A DNA stretch of 61,439 nt, the filler included, from Vannella sp. (Eukaryota), in assembly GCA_023345925.1 (NCBI GenBank). It is 6 parts of 6 records of this genome, joined end to end, with 100 filler letters (N's around TTAATTAATTAA, not from the genome) between each part and the next. Parts side by side here need not be neighbours in the genome. Positions count along the whole stretch, not along the records: positions 33,580 to 45,089 come from JAJQQN010000698.1; positions 45,190 to 53,508 come from JAJQQN010001115.1; positions 53,609 to 61,439 come from JAJQQN010000248.1; 3 more parts are not named here. One strand, written 5' to 3'. Both the position numbers and the translations under genes were made by a program. Below the pieces are notes generated by a model that had not been told where the DNA came from, did no database searches, and worked only from the letters and a program-made list of their open reading frames with translations. Below are positions 43,501-53,877 of the stretch, in pieces. Each line of letters opens with the position of its first letter. Position 1 is the stretch's first letter.

Positions 43501-44951
43501 GATGGGAGCTCCAAGAAACGAGAAAACCAACCATGAAGGACAAGTCTTTGACGACCCGCGTTGAAACGTCTTTGAGATCGCAGCCCATCACTTGGCCAGT
43601 ACCGGACAGGTAGTAGAAGGTCTCTGAATAGCAGGCAGAAGTGCTATCCATGTACGTATCGGGTTGCGGGGTGACACCGCAAAGACTGGGGAGGAAAGAG
43701 TATCGATGTTGCGGATTCAACGCCGCGTACACCATGAAGTGACGTCGAGGCTCTGCACGATGGAATGGGAAAGTCACATAGTTCAGGGTGGGGTGGACAA
43801 CAAGGTCCTGGGGCTGATCGCGGGCCACCACCCAGTCACTCCCTTCATAACTGGTCCAATAGGCGAACTGCTCCACTGCATCCATCTCTGGGATGTACTC
43901 CGTGTTGAAGAGGCCCGTGTTGGCACAAGTGGAAGAGTTAAAAGCCTCCATCATGCCGTTGCTGTGAAGGACCCAAAAGAACTCTGCTCTGGGATGGTGT
44001 TGGATGGCTATTGGAACGAGCTTGTCATCTCTCACAGGAGCCACGTTACTACACATAGTTAAGCGATGTCCTGCACTCCTAACAGCGAAGATTGGGGCTC
44101 ACCTCTCCAAGAAGGAAAGTTGTTTCTCTTCAAACTCGAAGGAGAACAGTTGACGTCGTTCGTTTGTGACAGCAAGTAAGAAGCCATCCCCAGAGAACGA
44201 CAGGAATCCTCGTAGACTTGCGGAGCCCTTCGTCCCCAAATACTCCTTCTGGCGCAGCAAGTCTAGAAGAGGCACATGAGCAGCTTTCTCTGGGCTCAAA
44301 GGACTTACCATCGCACTGAGTGATTTGTGTGGAAGTTTCCAAGTCCCAGATGCGGATGGTTCCTTCGCTGTACACCGCAAGGAAGGGCAGAAGGGGATGG
44401 AGGGCCACTGCAGAGATGGGCTTCTTGCAGTCCAGGCGCACGGTTGGTTTTCGGATTCCCTTACGTGATACATCGTGTACTATCGAAAGGTTAGTCAGGA
44501 AGCGGCCCGCAGAGCCGGAGGTTCTTACCAAAGACGATCTTGCTTCCCAGGCGACAGAACACCAAGAGTGGTCGTACAGGGCAAAGCTTAACACCCAAGA
44601 TGGGTCTCTCTTCGTTGTGCTGATAGAAAAGGTTCTCCAGCGGCTCCAAGCTTGCATACTCCCAAACATGGAAGTCTCCGGCACCAGCTTTCGCTACCAG
44701 CGTGGTAGCGTTCAAAGTGAGAGCAGTCACAGGCTTAGAAGTCTCCACACGCCCCAACAGAAAGTTCCCGTTAACGTCAAACACTGCGAACCTCGTAAGA
44801 ACACAACAACAAGTCCACAAGACAGAGAGTACGAACAAGAGACACTGCGATCCATCGCAATAGCCACTACCGGCTTCGTTGGGTGAAACGCCACCCCAGA
44901 CACGGCAGCCCCATCCGGAACCTCCAATGCGCAGGCCCGGGACAAGTTCAT
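40521..44951 (-). CDS. TSET complex subunit TTRAY1/TWD40-1-like (WD40 propellers, solenoid, alpha-COP-like tail)
   Basis: N-terminal AFHPTKPVVAIA and DCKKPISAVALHPLLPFL. C-terminal CIFYKYAIRLL..LASVPLKQVHRI..KNLLAKNYGVA matches remembered plant TWD40-1. Confidence 0.75.
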
Positions 44952-45089
44952 GACCCCTCAATGGCCCGATCGAAGAAGTGAGCCAAATTAATCATTGATT
45001 TATACCCAAATCGTTGTAAAGAAGGAGTAAGGAGATCCTTAGGGCCCGCCAAACACCCATCTCACGCTGGAGGGCCGGTTAGGGAGCAG

Positions 45090-45189
45090 NNNNNNNNNNN
45101 NNNNNNNNNNNNNNNNNNNNNNNNNNNNNNNNNTTAATTAATTAANNNNNNNNNNNNNNNNNNNNNNNNNNNNNNNNNNNNNNNNNNNN
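45090..45189. other. Artificial contig linker
   Basis: N44-TTAATTAATTAA-N44. Confidence 0.98.
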
Positions 45190-47422
45190 CAAGGTCGTGA
45201 GTGATTATTATTGAACGAAATTCCAATCTCATTGAGAATGTCAATCAGAAAGTAAGTTGCCTTCGGATGAAACTGACTTTCTTCCGCCCGCCAGATTGGA
45301 CTAACTGAAATCCAAAGTGGGTAAGTCAATAATGCTCATCAATGCACTTTTCTTTGGGCAAAACTGACTTGGGTAGACGTTCCTTACATACGCCTGCTAT
45401 CAAGGGTACAGCGACATCATCCGTTTTTTGCTTTCCCTCCCCGAAGTGGATGTCCAACAGGAAGTAAGTTACATTCTATTGAGAGAAATGTGTCCCAACA
45501 GAGAATTTAGTGTGTACGTTAAAAGCTCTCCCTCAAGGCACCGTCTTTTGTGGGCTTGACTAAACCAAATAGTGTGTGAGTCTTCCTCTTTCGTAGAAAC
45601 AAAGGAGGAGTCTTCGAGCTGACCAAAATGGTGGCAAACAGATTGTGGGTAACTCTTTGAGCTGCCGTCATTAATTCACATTCACTTGGTCAGGAAGTTA
45701 GTATCTACTCTTTTCAATATCCTTCGAGTAAGAAGGGATCTAACATTTGACGTCTTTCAGGGTGTAAGTCTTAGGTTTATAGCGAATGATTCTTCCACAA
45801 GAGGAATCTAACTGAGTTGCTCCAGGAAGTAAGCTCAGATTCCAAGAAGATGAGAGAATGGCCTCTCATCCTATTTGATTGAAATTAGTTTGTATGTTAT
45901 CGCTATCTCCCTGATTCTTCATCCGCCTCACAAGTCAGCTAATTGGTTCACCAGTATGTAAGTGACAGTTCAAGAAAGTTAAGAAAATCGCTAACTTGAT
46001 TCTTTAGCTTGTCAGTAGCTCAATTCTGCGGGAGAGTACCGGACAAATTGGAACTAACCCACTCCTTGGACCTTATAGAAAGTGAGGAACATCAGATCCC
46101 GGGCTCTCGAACGAACTTTAAAAGATTAACGGGATTCAATTTAGCGCGTAAGCTATTCAATCTCCCCAAGAGAACTGACACTCACCTCATGACTAAGGGG
46201 GTAAGTGGAATCATATCTTAGCATTTGGGCTACTTAGCATATATCCAAAGGGAGTAAGTTGCCTTTAACGCTCTATTCATGGCCATTAGACTCAAGTTCG
46301 GACACTAATATTGGGATAGGCTGCGCTGGATCACGCCCTTTTGGGAGGAAACAGTGAAATCATTGAAATGGTCTTGTCTGCTGGTGGTACATGCAAAAAA
46401 GTGCGTTTCTAGTTTTCAAAAGGCAAGCCAGCTTACCAAAGTAGGATCGAAGGCAACTCGACCAATATCTGGCGAAGAAGGTGAAAGAAGGTGCGAATCG
46501 ACTGCCAGAGATCATTCAGAAAGCATTAGGAGTGCCAATGCGCATGGCAGTATCACTAGCATCTGTCAATCATCTGGAGAAGGAAGAAATGCGTCAATGC
46601 TTCGAAGAAGGCCGTTTGCCCTGCTCATTCTCGCTAAAGCTTCTGTGGGCCCCAGTTGCAGCCATTTTGGAACGGATTGAAGAGGATCTTTCTGGTAAGT
46701 TGCTAAGAATCGCTGAGGAACAAAGAAAGAGGCAAGAGGCCTTTAAGAAGAGAGAAAAGGCACAGAGGAAGATCCAGAAATTGGAAGACAGAATCGCCAC
46801 TTTCAAGGCAGCCGAGCAACACCACGAGAACCAAGAAACAACACTCAAGGAGGAGATAAGAGAGTGGCAAGCGTTGAATCTTCCCACTTTGAAGCAATTC
46901 GCTAGAACAGCCGCTGAGACCGAAGAGGAGTTGGTTACCCAACTTGAAGCCCAACTGGAAGTAGACCGAAGCCATTTGCTGGCGAACCACGAAAGAGGTG
47001 GTCCTAAACTCGGCTTACTGCTGAACTGTTTCGGTGCGGAGGAGGCAACCATCAACGTTCTTGCAGAATTCAACGGCGGAGACTTTGCCAAGCTTACAGG
47101 AACGCAACTGGACTCTTTGGTTTCTACCTTAGCCTCAAATCAGCGAACAGTGGTGCGGTACACCCATGAGAGGCTCAATAACGGGAAGTTGCCCTTTATT
47201 GAACACGATTGCATTCTATGTGACTGCGAGACTCCTTCTCAAATGGCGTCTTTCTTGAGGGAATGTGGACTTCCCGGTGTTACAGAAGAACTCATCCGCC
47301 AAACCGGCGCTTCTGGCCGTGGAGCTTTGCTATTTCTTTCAGCAAAAGATCTCAAGCTTGGCAACAGGAAAGCAATCCAAAAGGCTCTTACAAAGTCTCG
47401 TTCCAGACACCTCAAAAGGTAA
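45190..47422 (+). CDS. Ankyrin-repeat / coiled-coil / SAM-like protein built with single-codon micro-exon arrays; 5'-truncated
   Basis: 3-nt exons at 45194, 45249 and 45318. Ankyrin exon 45377-45463 (TFLTYACYQGYSDIIRFLLSLPEVDVQQE). Thirteen 3-nt exons 45511-46253. Ankyrin exon 46320-46400 (AALDHALLGGNSEIIEMVLSAGGTCKK). Terminal exon 46445-47422, in frame with the 46481 ORF. All introns GT-AG, phase 0. Confidence 0.85.
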
Positions 47423-47778
47423 CTCCATTCGCATCCAAAAGGAGAGGAATCAACACACTAGACTATCCATTAAACACATAAATTCGAGCTCATTGTTGGT
47501 AACTTGTTGGTGACTTGGACTATCAACAGTCGCAGGCTTGAAAGAGAGAGTTCACGGCCCCACTAAACCACGTCCCCTGGCCTACGTTGAACAGTGCTTC
47601 TAAATTCGAATGGCACCAATGAGAATGGGACCCAAACAAGGGGAAATACCCTCGCCACTCGTTACTTCTCTCCTAGTTTGCGTTGGTTTCTCTGATGACC
47701 TCCATCTCTTCAGGATAAGCTTTTAAATTGATTTCATTTTTTTACTTTCCACAAGGGAATTGGCCATTTTTGAACTGG

Positions 47779-50380
47779 ATGAGGTTGTTGGCTTGGAAGG
47801 CGTTGGGGGTTGTTGTGGGGCTTTTTGCTTTGGTTGGAGGTGAGTGAGGGAGGGGGGAGAGTAGTGGAAGGAGCCTAAGTTGTTTGAAAGCCCAGAGTAG
47901 TCCAGCAGAGATCAACCTGATTGGTTTGTTTGTTTTCAACGTCACCAAGAGCGTGGTTCGACTGGCTGTAGAGGACGTGAACAACGACCCAAGCATCCTC
48001 AATGGAGTGACTTTGTCTGTTTCCTACAACGACTCAAATCGGGACCCAGCGGTAGCTGCTGCTATCCTCCTGGAGAAGGTGAACATCCCGTACCCTCCCA
48101 AGATTGGCGTGATTGGAGAGCGGGTCTCACGTGTGTGCCTGAGTCTGAGCTACTTGGCCAGCTACTATCGTTTACCTCAGGTGGCCTACGGCTGCACCTC
48201 TCAGAACCTCTCCAACAGGAGCTCCACCTACTTTCTCCGCGGAACTCCCACGGACTTAGACCAAGCGCGTGCTTTGGCAGCTCTGATTGGAAGCTTTAAG
48301 TTCTCTGGGGATGCCAAAATCGAAGTTTCCACGATTTCTGCTTCAGATGAGTACGGAACGAGCTTCCAAACGGTTTGTATTCTCTCTTTATTCGGATTGT
48401 GGTGACTGACTCGAGTCGTAAAGGCGTTATCTTCAGTATCAGATGAGTTCAATTTTGCTATTGTACAATCAGAGCAGCTAGCTCCTACAACATCCACATT
48501 TACACAGAACTTTACATCAGCAATCACCCGATTGAAGAACAGCGGCGTTAAGATCTTTATTTCGATTTTCAATGCGGAAAAAGACAACTTTGCAATCTCA
48601 CAAGAGGTGTACCGACAGAATCTCTATGGAGGGGATTACCTGTGGTTCTTTGCTAGTGCAAGCCGGAAAAGCTTCTTAAATTCGACGGGCCTGGTGGACC
48701 CGATAGCCAACGCAACACTCTTTGGAAGCTTGGGAACGAGAGTACCAGCTAGACTTAAGGATACAAAGGATAGGGCGAGTGAGAGTAAGTAAGAATGCTA
48801 TCTCATCCGTTACTTACGCGAATCAAAGAGCTTCGTAGCCGATTGAGTGAAGCGGACCGCGAAGTTTTGCTGAACTTTGATGAGATTTCCTACGACATTG
48901 TCTGGGCGTATGCTTACGCTGCGCACACTCTTCTGTCTGAGGGAAAGTCTCTTGATGGTGATAACATGCTCAAGGCACTAAAGTCAGTCCGCTTTCAAGG
49001 CGTCAGTGGGAACTTTTCTTTCAATGAGCTGGGCAATCGTCCAAGCCGTTTTGATATTGTGAATAATAACGGTGGCGAGGACAAAAAAACTGAATTCTTG
49101 CAACCTCAAGTCATTGGCAGCTGGAATCAGGGAATTCTGAAAATTAATACGAGTGCGTTGGTCTGGCCATCAGGTACATCTGAAATTCCCAATTTGCGAT
49201 TGCCCGTCAAGTATTGGTCATGTCATGTCATGACCGCCGCAGCTACAAGGATCCTACTGGGTGAGTAAGCTCGAAGACTACATAAGTGGAGCTGATTATT
49301 ATGTTGTAGGAAGATCCATTTGGATCGCCCTGACGGGGGCGACGCCAACAATACAAAGAGGCTTATCGCTGCGATGGATTCATTGATTGTCAAAACATGA
49401 GTGATGAGGCAGGATGCAGCGCTTCGGTGATTCCAGCCATGATTGCGTTTGGTATTATTTCTGGGTTGATGGTGCTGAGTGCCTTTTCATTGTTAGTTAT
49501 ACTTTTATTCCTCATCTCTTTCATCAAGTCAGACAGGACTCAATCCAGCGGGCCATGCTTTCTCTTTGCAATCACTCTCGCCTCCCTACTTGGGATTGTG
49601 TCAACTTTCTCCTTTTATGGGAAGCCTACCAAGGCAAGCTGCGGGTTCCAACCATGGCTTTTGGGGTTGTCTATCATGCTCTTAATTTCGTGAGTTCTCC
49701 CGCTCCATCAGCCACCAATCAAACCTAATATTAATGATAGCTGCCTCTTCGTTCGCGCTGTCGCAAAGTTCATGGAACTCCGTACTCGGTCCCAGCTTCG
49801 GAAGTTGACCACATATTCCATTCCTGTTATGTGTTGTCGTATTGATGATACCTTTTATTGTTCGTACTACTCATGTGTTGAAACTGCTCTGACAGGGAAT
49901 GCGGAGCAGGTGATTCTTGTGGTCTGGTACATTGTGAGCACTCCGACTGCGGGTTTCAAGAAACTGAGAGCCGAGGAAAGACATTACATCTGCTTGTCCG
50001 AAGGGTTGGTTCCGGGTCTCACGTGGATCTTCTTTTTCCTTCTAGTGGGCTACGCCGGCTTTTTGCTGGGAGCAGCAGCGTTTTTCGTCTTCGTCACAAA
50101 AAGAGCAAAGACAAAGTACAAGGAAGAGCAAATCATCGCACTTTCAGTCTACAATTTGGCGTTCGTTGGAATGGTGGCAGTGCCTGTTCTCTTTGTTCTC
50201 AACTATCAAGAGAGTGTGTTAGCCTATTGGATCCTCCTCATGGTGATCATCAACTACGCCTTTGGCAGCACTTTGCTCTTCAACTTTGCTCCTCTTCTGA
50301 TAGGCACAGTCAAGGACAAGCTCTTCCCACCAAATGATGACAAAAAACCCGTTAAAACTCGTCCTGACGCGGAAGGATAA
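47779..50380 (+). CDS. Class C (GABA-B/Grl-like) GPCR with Venus flytrap domain; carries about 3 frameshifts (pseudogene or consensus errors)
   Basis: Signal peptide MRLLAWKALG.., RLAVEDVNNDPSILNG..IGVIGE..LPQVAYG, F.GVSGNFSFNELGNR. 7TM with CGFQPWLLGL and KYKEEQIIALSVYN. Confidence 0.8.
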
Positions 50381-50454
50381 AAGAGAAACACTTTAACTAG
50401 GATTGAAACCGAACAATCTACTGCATAGGTGGAAGGCAATACTTTGGATTGAAG

Positions 50455-51290
50455 TCACGCTTTCCTTCCCGCCACTGCTGCAAGAGTGGAATCACACTGT
50501 CTTCCTGTGACAGCAGAACCAGGAATGGAATGAGATCACGCAGCTCGGTGTCTCCTTCATCACCACTCCACCTTTGACAGAGGATGGAGTGTTTCGGTTG
50601 GAGCGAAAAGGAGCTGTCAGTATCATCGATAATGAGTGTACGACTGAGCTGGCGTCCAACTCGTGAGAGATCCTGGGAACAGGTTACTTACAGCTCAAGA
50701 GACGAAACTCACTTTGACATAAACCCCATCAATTAAGGTGCAATCGCTCCGATACAACCGGTGTTCGCACATAGAGTTGCCATCAACGCATTTCAGAACA
50801 GAGTTCGCGTACTAGAAAGGAAGAGAGTCCCCATTTCTCAAATCAAAACTCTGAATTGTTTCTGATTGGAGGATTACCTCCGCAACACTGGCAGTGAAGA
50901 TCACCACTTCAAAGTGCTTCCTCACTTCCTGTAGGAATAGATCGAGGAAGGGGCGCTTGCGAATCAACCATTCGGTGCATCCTCGACTTTTGGACTTGCC
51001 TTCGGGAAGATCTTCTTCCTGCTTCCACAATCAGGATCCAATGAAAGCAATGGCTAGAAGAATCACCTTAGGTGTGCAGTAAACGAGAGTCCTATCTAGA
51101 TCAAGCAACAAACACATCTTTCCTTCAGAATCAGGATTAGGTGCTGGAAGAAGCGCGTTCTTCGGTTCGACGTCGCTTTCAGTTCCTCTTCTTGAACACC
51201 GATTGAGTACCACGTGAAAATGCATCCGAGTAATGAATGGCTGACCTCACTTACAAGAGTGGCGCTTTCCTTTCCTAGAAACTGACTCAT
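50455..51290 (-). CDS. FCP1/SCP-family (NIF) CTD small phosphatase-like
   Basis: CLLLDLDRTLV, KRPFLDLFL..FEVVIFTAS, HRLYRSDC, VKDLSRVGRQLSRTLIIDD, DTELRDLIPFL. 5' end uncertain. Confidence 0.8.
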
Positions 51291-52161
51291 CGTTTTTTGA
51301 GAGCTCTTTGTTTCCCGTCGCTCTGATTATCTCCTTCTTCTTAATTAATGATCAAAATGAGCTGGTTGTTTGTCAGCATGTCGAACAAAAGAGTGCTGAT
51401 CACGCTGATAATGAGGTATCGATTCTGATAATTGACACCAAGTTTGTTCTCCAGAACTCATTTGATGGTTTTGGATGATTGATGTTCTTCAGATTGCTTG
51501 AGGCAATCTTTCTTTGAAATGCATCGGACCTTGTTGCAAGAGTTTCCAGAGTAATACCTCTCTTCACCTTCTCCCACGGGTTGACTAATGAGAATTGCAG
51601 TACTCATGGACTTTTAAGCTCCACCGCTGTCTGTTCAGTTCTATTGGATCAAACCTTGTGGAGTGTCAACGTGGGTGATTCTAATGCAAGTCTCTGTCGA
51701 CAAGAAAAGGCCATTGCTCTCAAAAAAGAGAACATCCCACAAGGTAAGTCAATTCGCCATCAAGTTCTCCGCGACTTCTAATCGACAATGTACCTCGCGA
51801 CTTATCGGGACTCCGCCCCCGGAGCTGTTCTACTAGCAGACTGCAACAAGATCAAGACAGGCGAGCATTGGAGACAACACTGTCGCTTGCCATCCTTTTA
51901 GTGCACAGCATACTTCAAACTCTCTAGAATCTGTGTCGATTGATGCGGAAAGCGAAGGAAAAGGCACCAAAACGAAAGGGAGAGAAGGACTTCCTAGAAA
52001 GTTGGGAGATTCATCTTTTCTAAGCTCTTCGCTGTTAGTAGCGGTTCTCTACTGAGATGGATGAGCCTAAAGCTTCTAATGCTTGTAAGGCTGAAGCAGG
52101 TGAATAGCTCTGACAACGTTCCATTAGACGTTTCTGACTTGCATGGACAGATCCCGCAAAG

Positions 52162-53366
52162 ATGGCCAAAGAGAGGATTTCACCATTCGTTGGTGAATTT
52201 TACCGATTTCCGGAGTTTGAGGCACTCTGGAAGCCTGTCCGCTTTGCATCGAGCAATTCTTCTTTCACTGGAAAGTATGGAACTGTAGAAGGATTGTCCT
52301 CTCCTCTTGCGAACGGAATCGATCTCCCTTTCTTTCAAGAGCTTCTGAGAGAATCAAATACTTCGAGTGGTGGGGAAGGGGCTGATTTTATCGAACATCG
52401 AGATTGCATGAGAATGAAGGATATCACAGACAAGTTCACTTTGGATCCTGAGTACCTCAAGAGCTTGGAAGATTGTCTTGCAAACCTTAAGGAAGTAATG
52501 AAGCTGGAAGAGATCCTCTCAAGATCTTTTTGTTTCAGCAGGGGGACTTCTTCCGCTCAAGTATCGACAGAACCTACACTGATGGACAAATGATGAGCCT
52601 GATGGTCGAGATACCAGTCAAAGATGACAGAAAGGGCGGGAAATTCGCGATTGAAGGCACCGAATTTGAGGCGCCAAAGGATACTTCTCTTGAGATTCTT
52701 TTCTTTAATGATACACTATATGACGTGACGGAGGTGGAGCGCGGTTACCGAGTTTCGTTGGTCTTCGATGTGATTCGGGAAGCGGACACTCCGTCTGTGT
52801 CTTGGAAGCAGGGAGGGCATGAGAGCTTTGCCGAAGGCCTGTGTGAGATTGCAAAAAGAGGCCACCAGCGAGTTGGCTTTCTCGCAAACAATCCTGGCAC
52901 TGAATTCATAGACGAAGAATCTCTCCATTTGGCGAACCTCTTGACTGGAATCGACCGAGTCATGTACGAATACTTGCTTGCTGTTTCTGTCCATATTCAG
53001 ATCGCTCCCGTCTTTTTCGAAGATGAAGGATCTGACATAAGCCTTACTGAGGTGATGACGCTCAATGGCAACGGTTCCTTCAGAGCGTATTATCGAAGAG
53101 ACGACGGTTTTGCGCCAATGACCCTCACAGGGAAAAAGTTGCACAAATACGAGACGATTAGACCGCATCTCTGTCCTGAACCCTCTGTGATCAAATCCCG
53201 GTACAAGTTGGGAGACGTCGTGTTTCTGGAAAGTGCAGCTCGCATGAGAAAGAGTGTTTGGGATGTAGATCATGGCCATTCGCGAGTACAATATGAAGGC
53301 TTGGCTGTTATTGCCACATTTCAGCAGAAAACCCCAAAGTCCGCGATGTCATCATTGATCCATTAA
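52162..53366 (+). CDS. 2OG-Fe(II) oxygenase-fold protein, frameshifted near 52515, metal ligands apparently lost
   Basis: LKIFLFQQGDFF, SLMVEIP..GGKF and DVTEVERGYRVSLVFDV match the DSBH pattern. Confidence 0.55.
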
Positions 53367-53508
53367 ACGAGTGCTAATCGTCAACTAAAGGGTAGAAGCT
53401 TCGTTCACTCGATTGGAAAACAACAATAAAACGGCATTCTTCCTAGTTCCATTTGAACTCATCAAGTGTATAAGGAAATAGCCCAAAAGCTAGTCCGGGC
53501 CTGACACC

Positions 53509-53608
53509 NNNNNNNNNNNNNNNNNNNNNNNNNNNNNNNNNNNNNNNNNNNNTTAATTAATTAANNNNNNNNNNNNNNNNNNNNNNNNNNNNNNNNNNNN
53601 NNNNNNNN
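53509..53608. other. Artificial contig linker
   Basis: N44-TTAATTAATTAA-N44. Confidence 0.98.
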
Positions 53609-53877
53609 AGTCATCTGTAAAGAAGTTCGCAAATCGCAAAGTCCTCATCGCAGAGCAAGCCGTCGGTCTTGACAACATCAATGAGGTTTGTGCAAGCGAG
53701 CTTTCCCTTGTGGAGGTCAACGTTATATCCTCGAGAGGCCAGAAGCGTTTTGAATTCAGCCAAGTTCAAGGCGCTCAAGGTGACAGCTTGGGTGCCAAGG
53801 ATTCGGCCACCATCCTGAGTGCCTCTGTTTCCGACGCTTGTGCCTGGCGCATTTGGGGGCGACTAGGCGCATTCTGA
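53609..53877 (+). CDS. 3' fragment of an unidentified gene
   Basis: Two exons reading FANRKVLIAEQAVGLDNINE|KRFEFSQ..AWRIWGRLGAF*. Confidence 0.4.

Noticed and set aside
45464..46319. Regularly spaced short motif with unique spacers as a CRISPR-like array
   Set aside because: The recurring elements are splice signals, not 25-45 nt direct repeats, and there are no cas genes.
51300..52150. Possible gene between the phosphatase and the oxygenase
   Set aside because: I could not build a consistent spliced ORF or find a motif on either strand.
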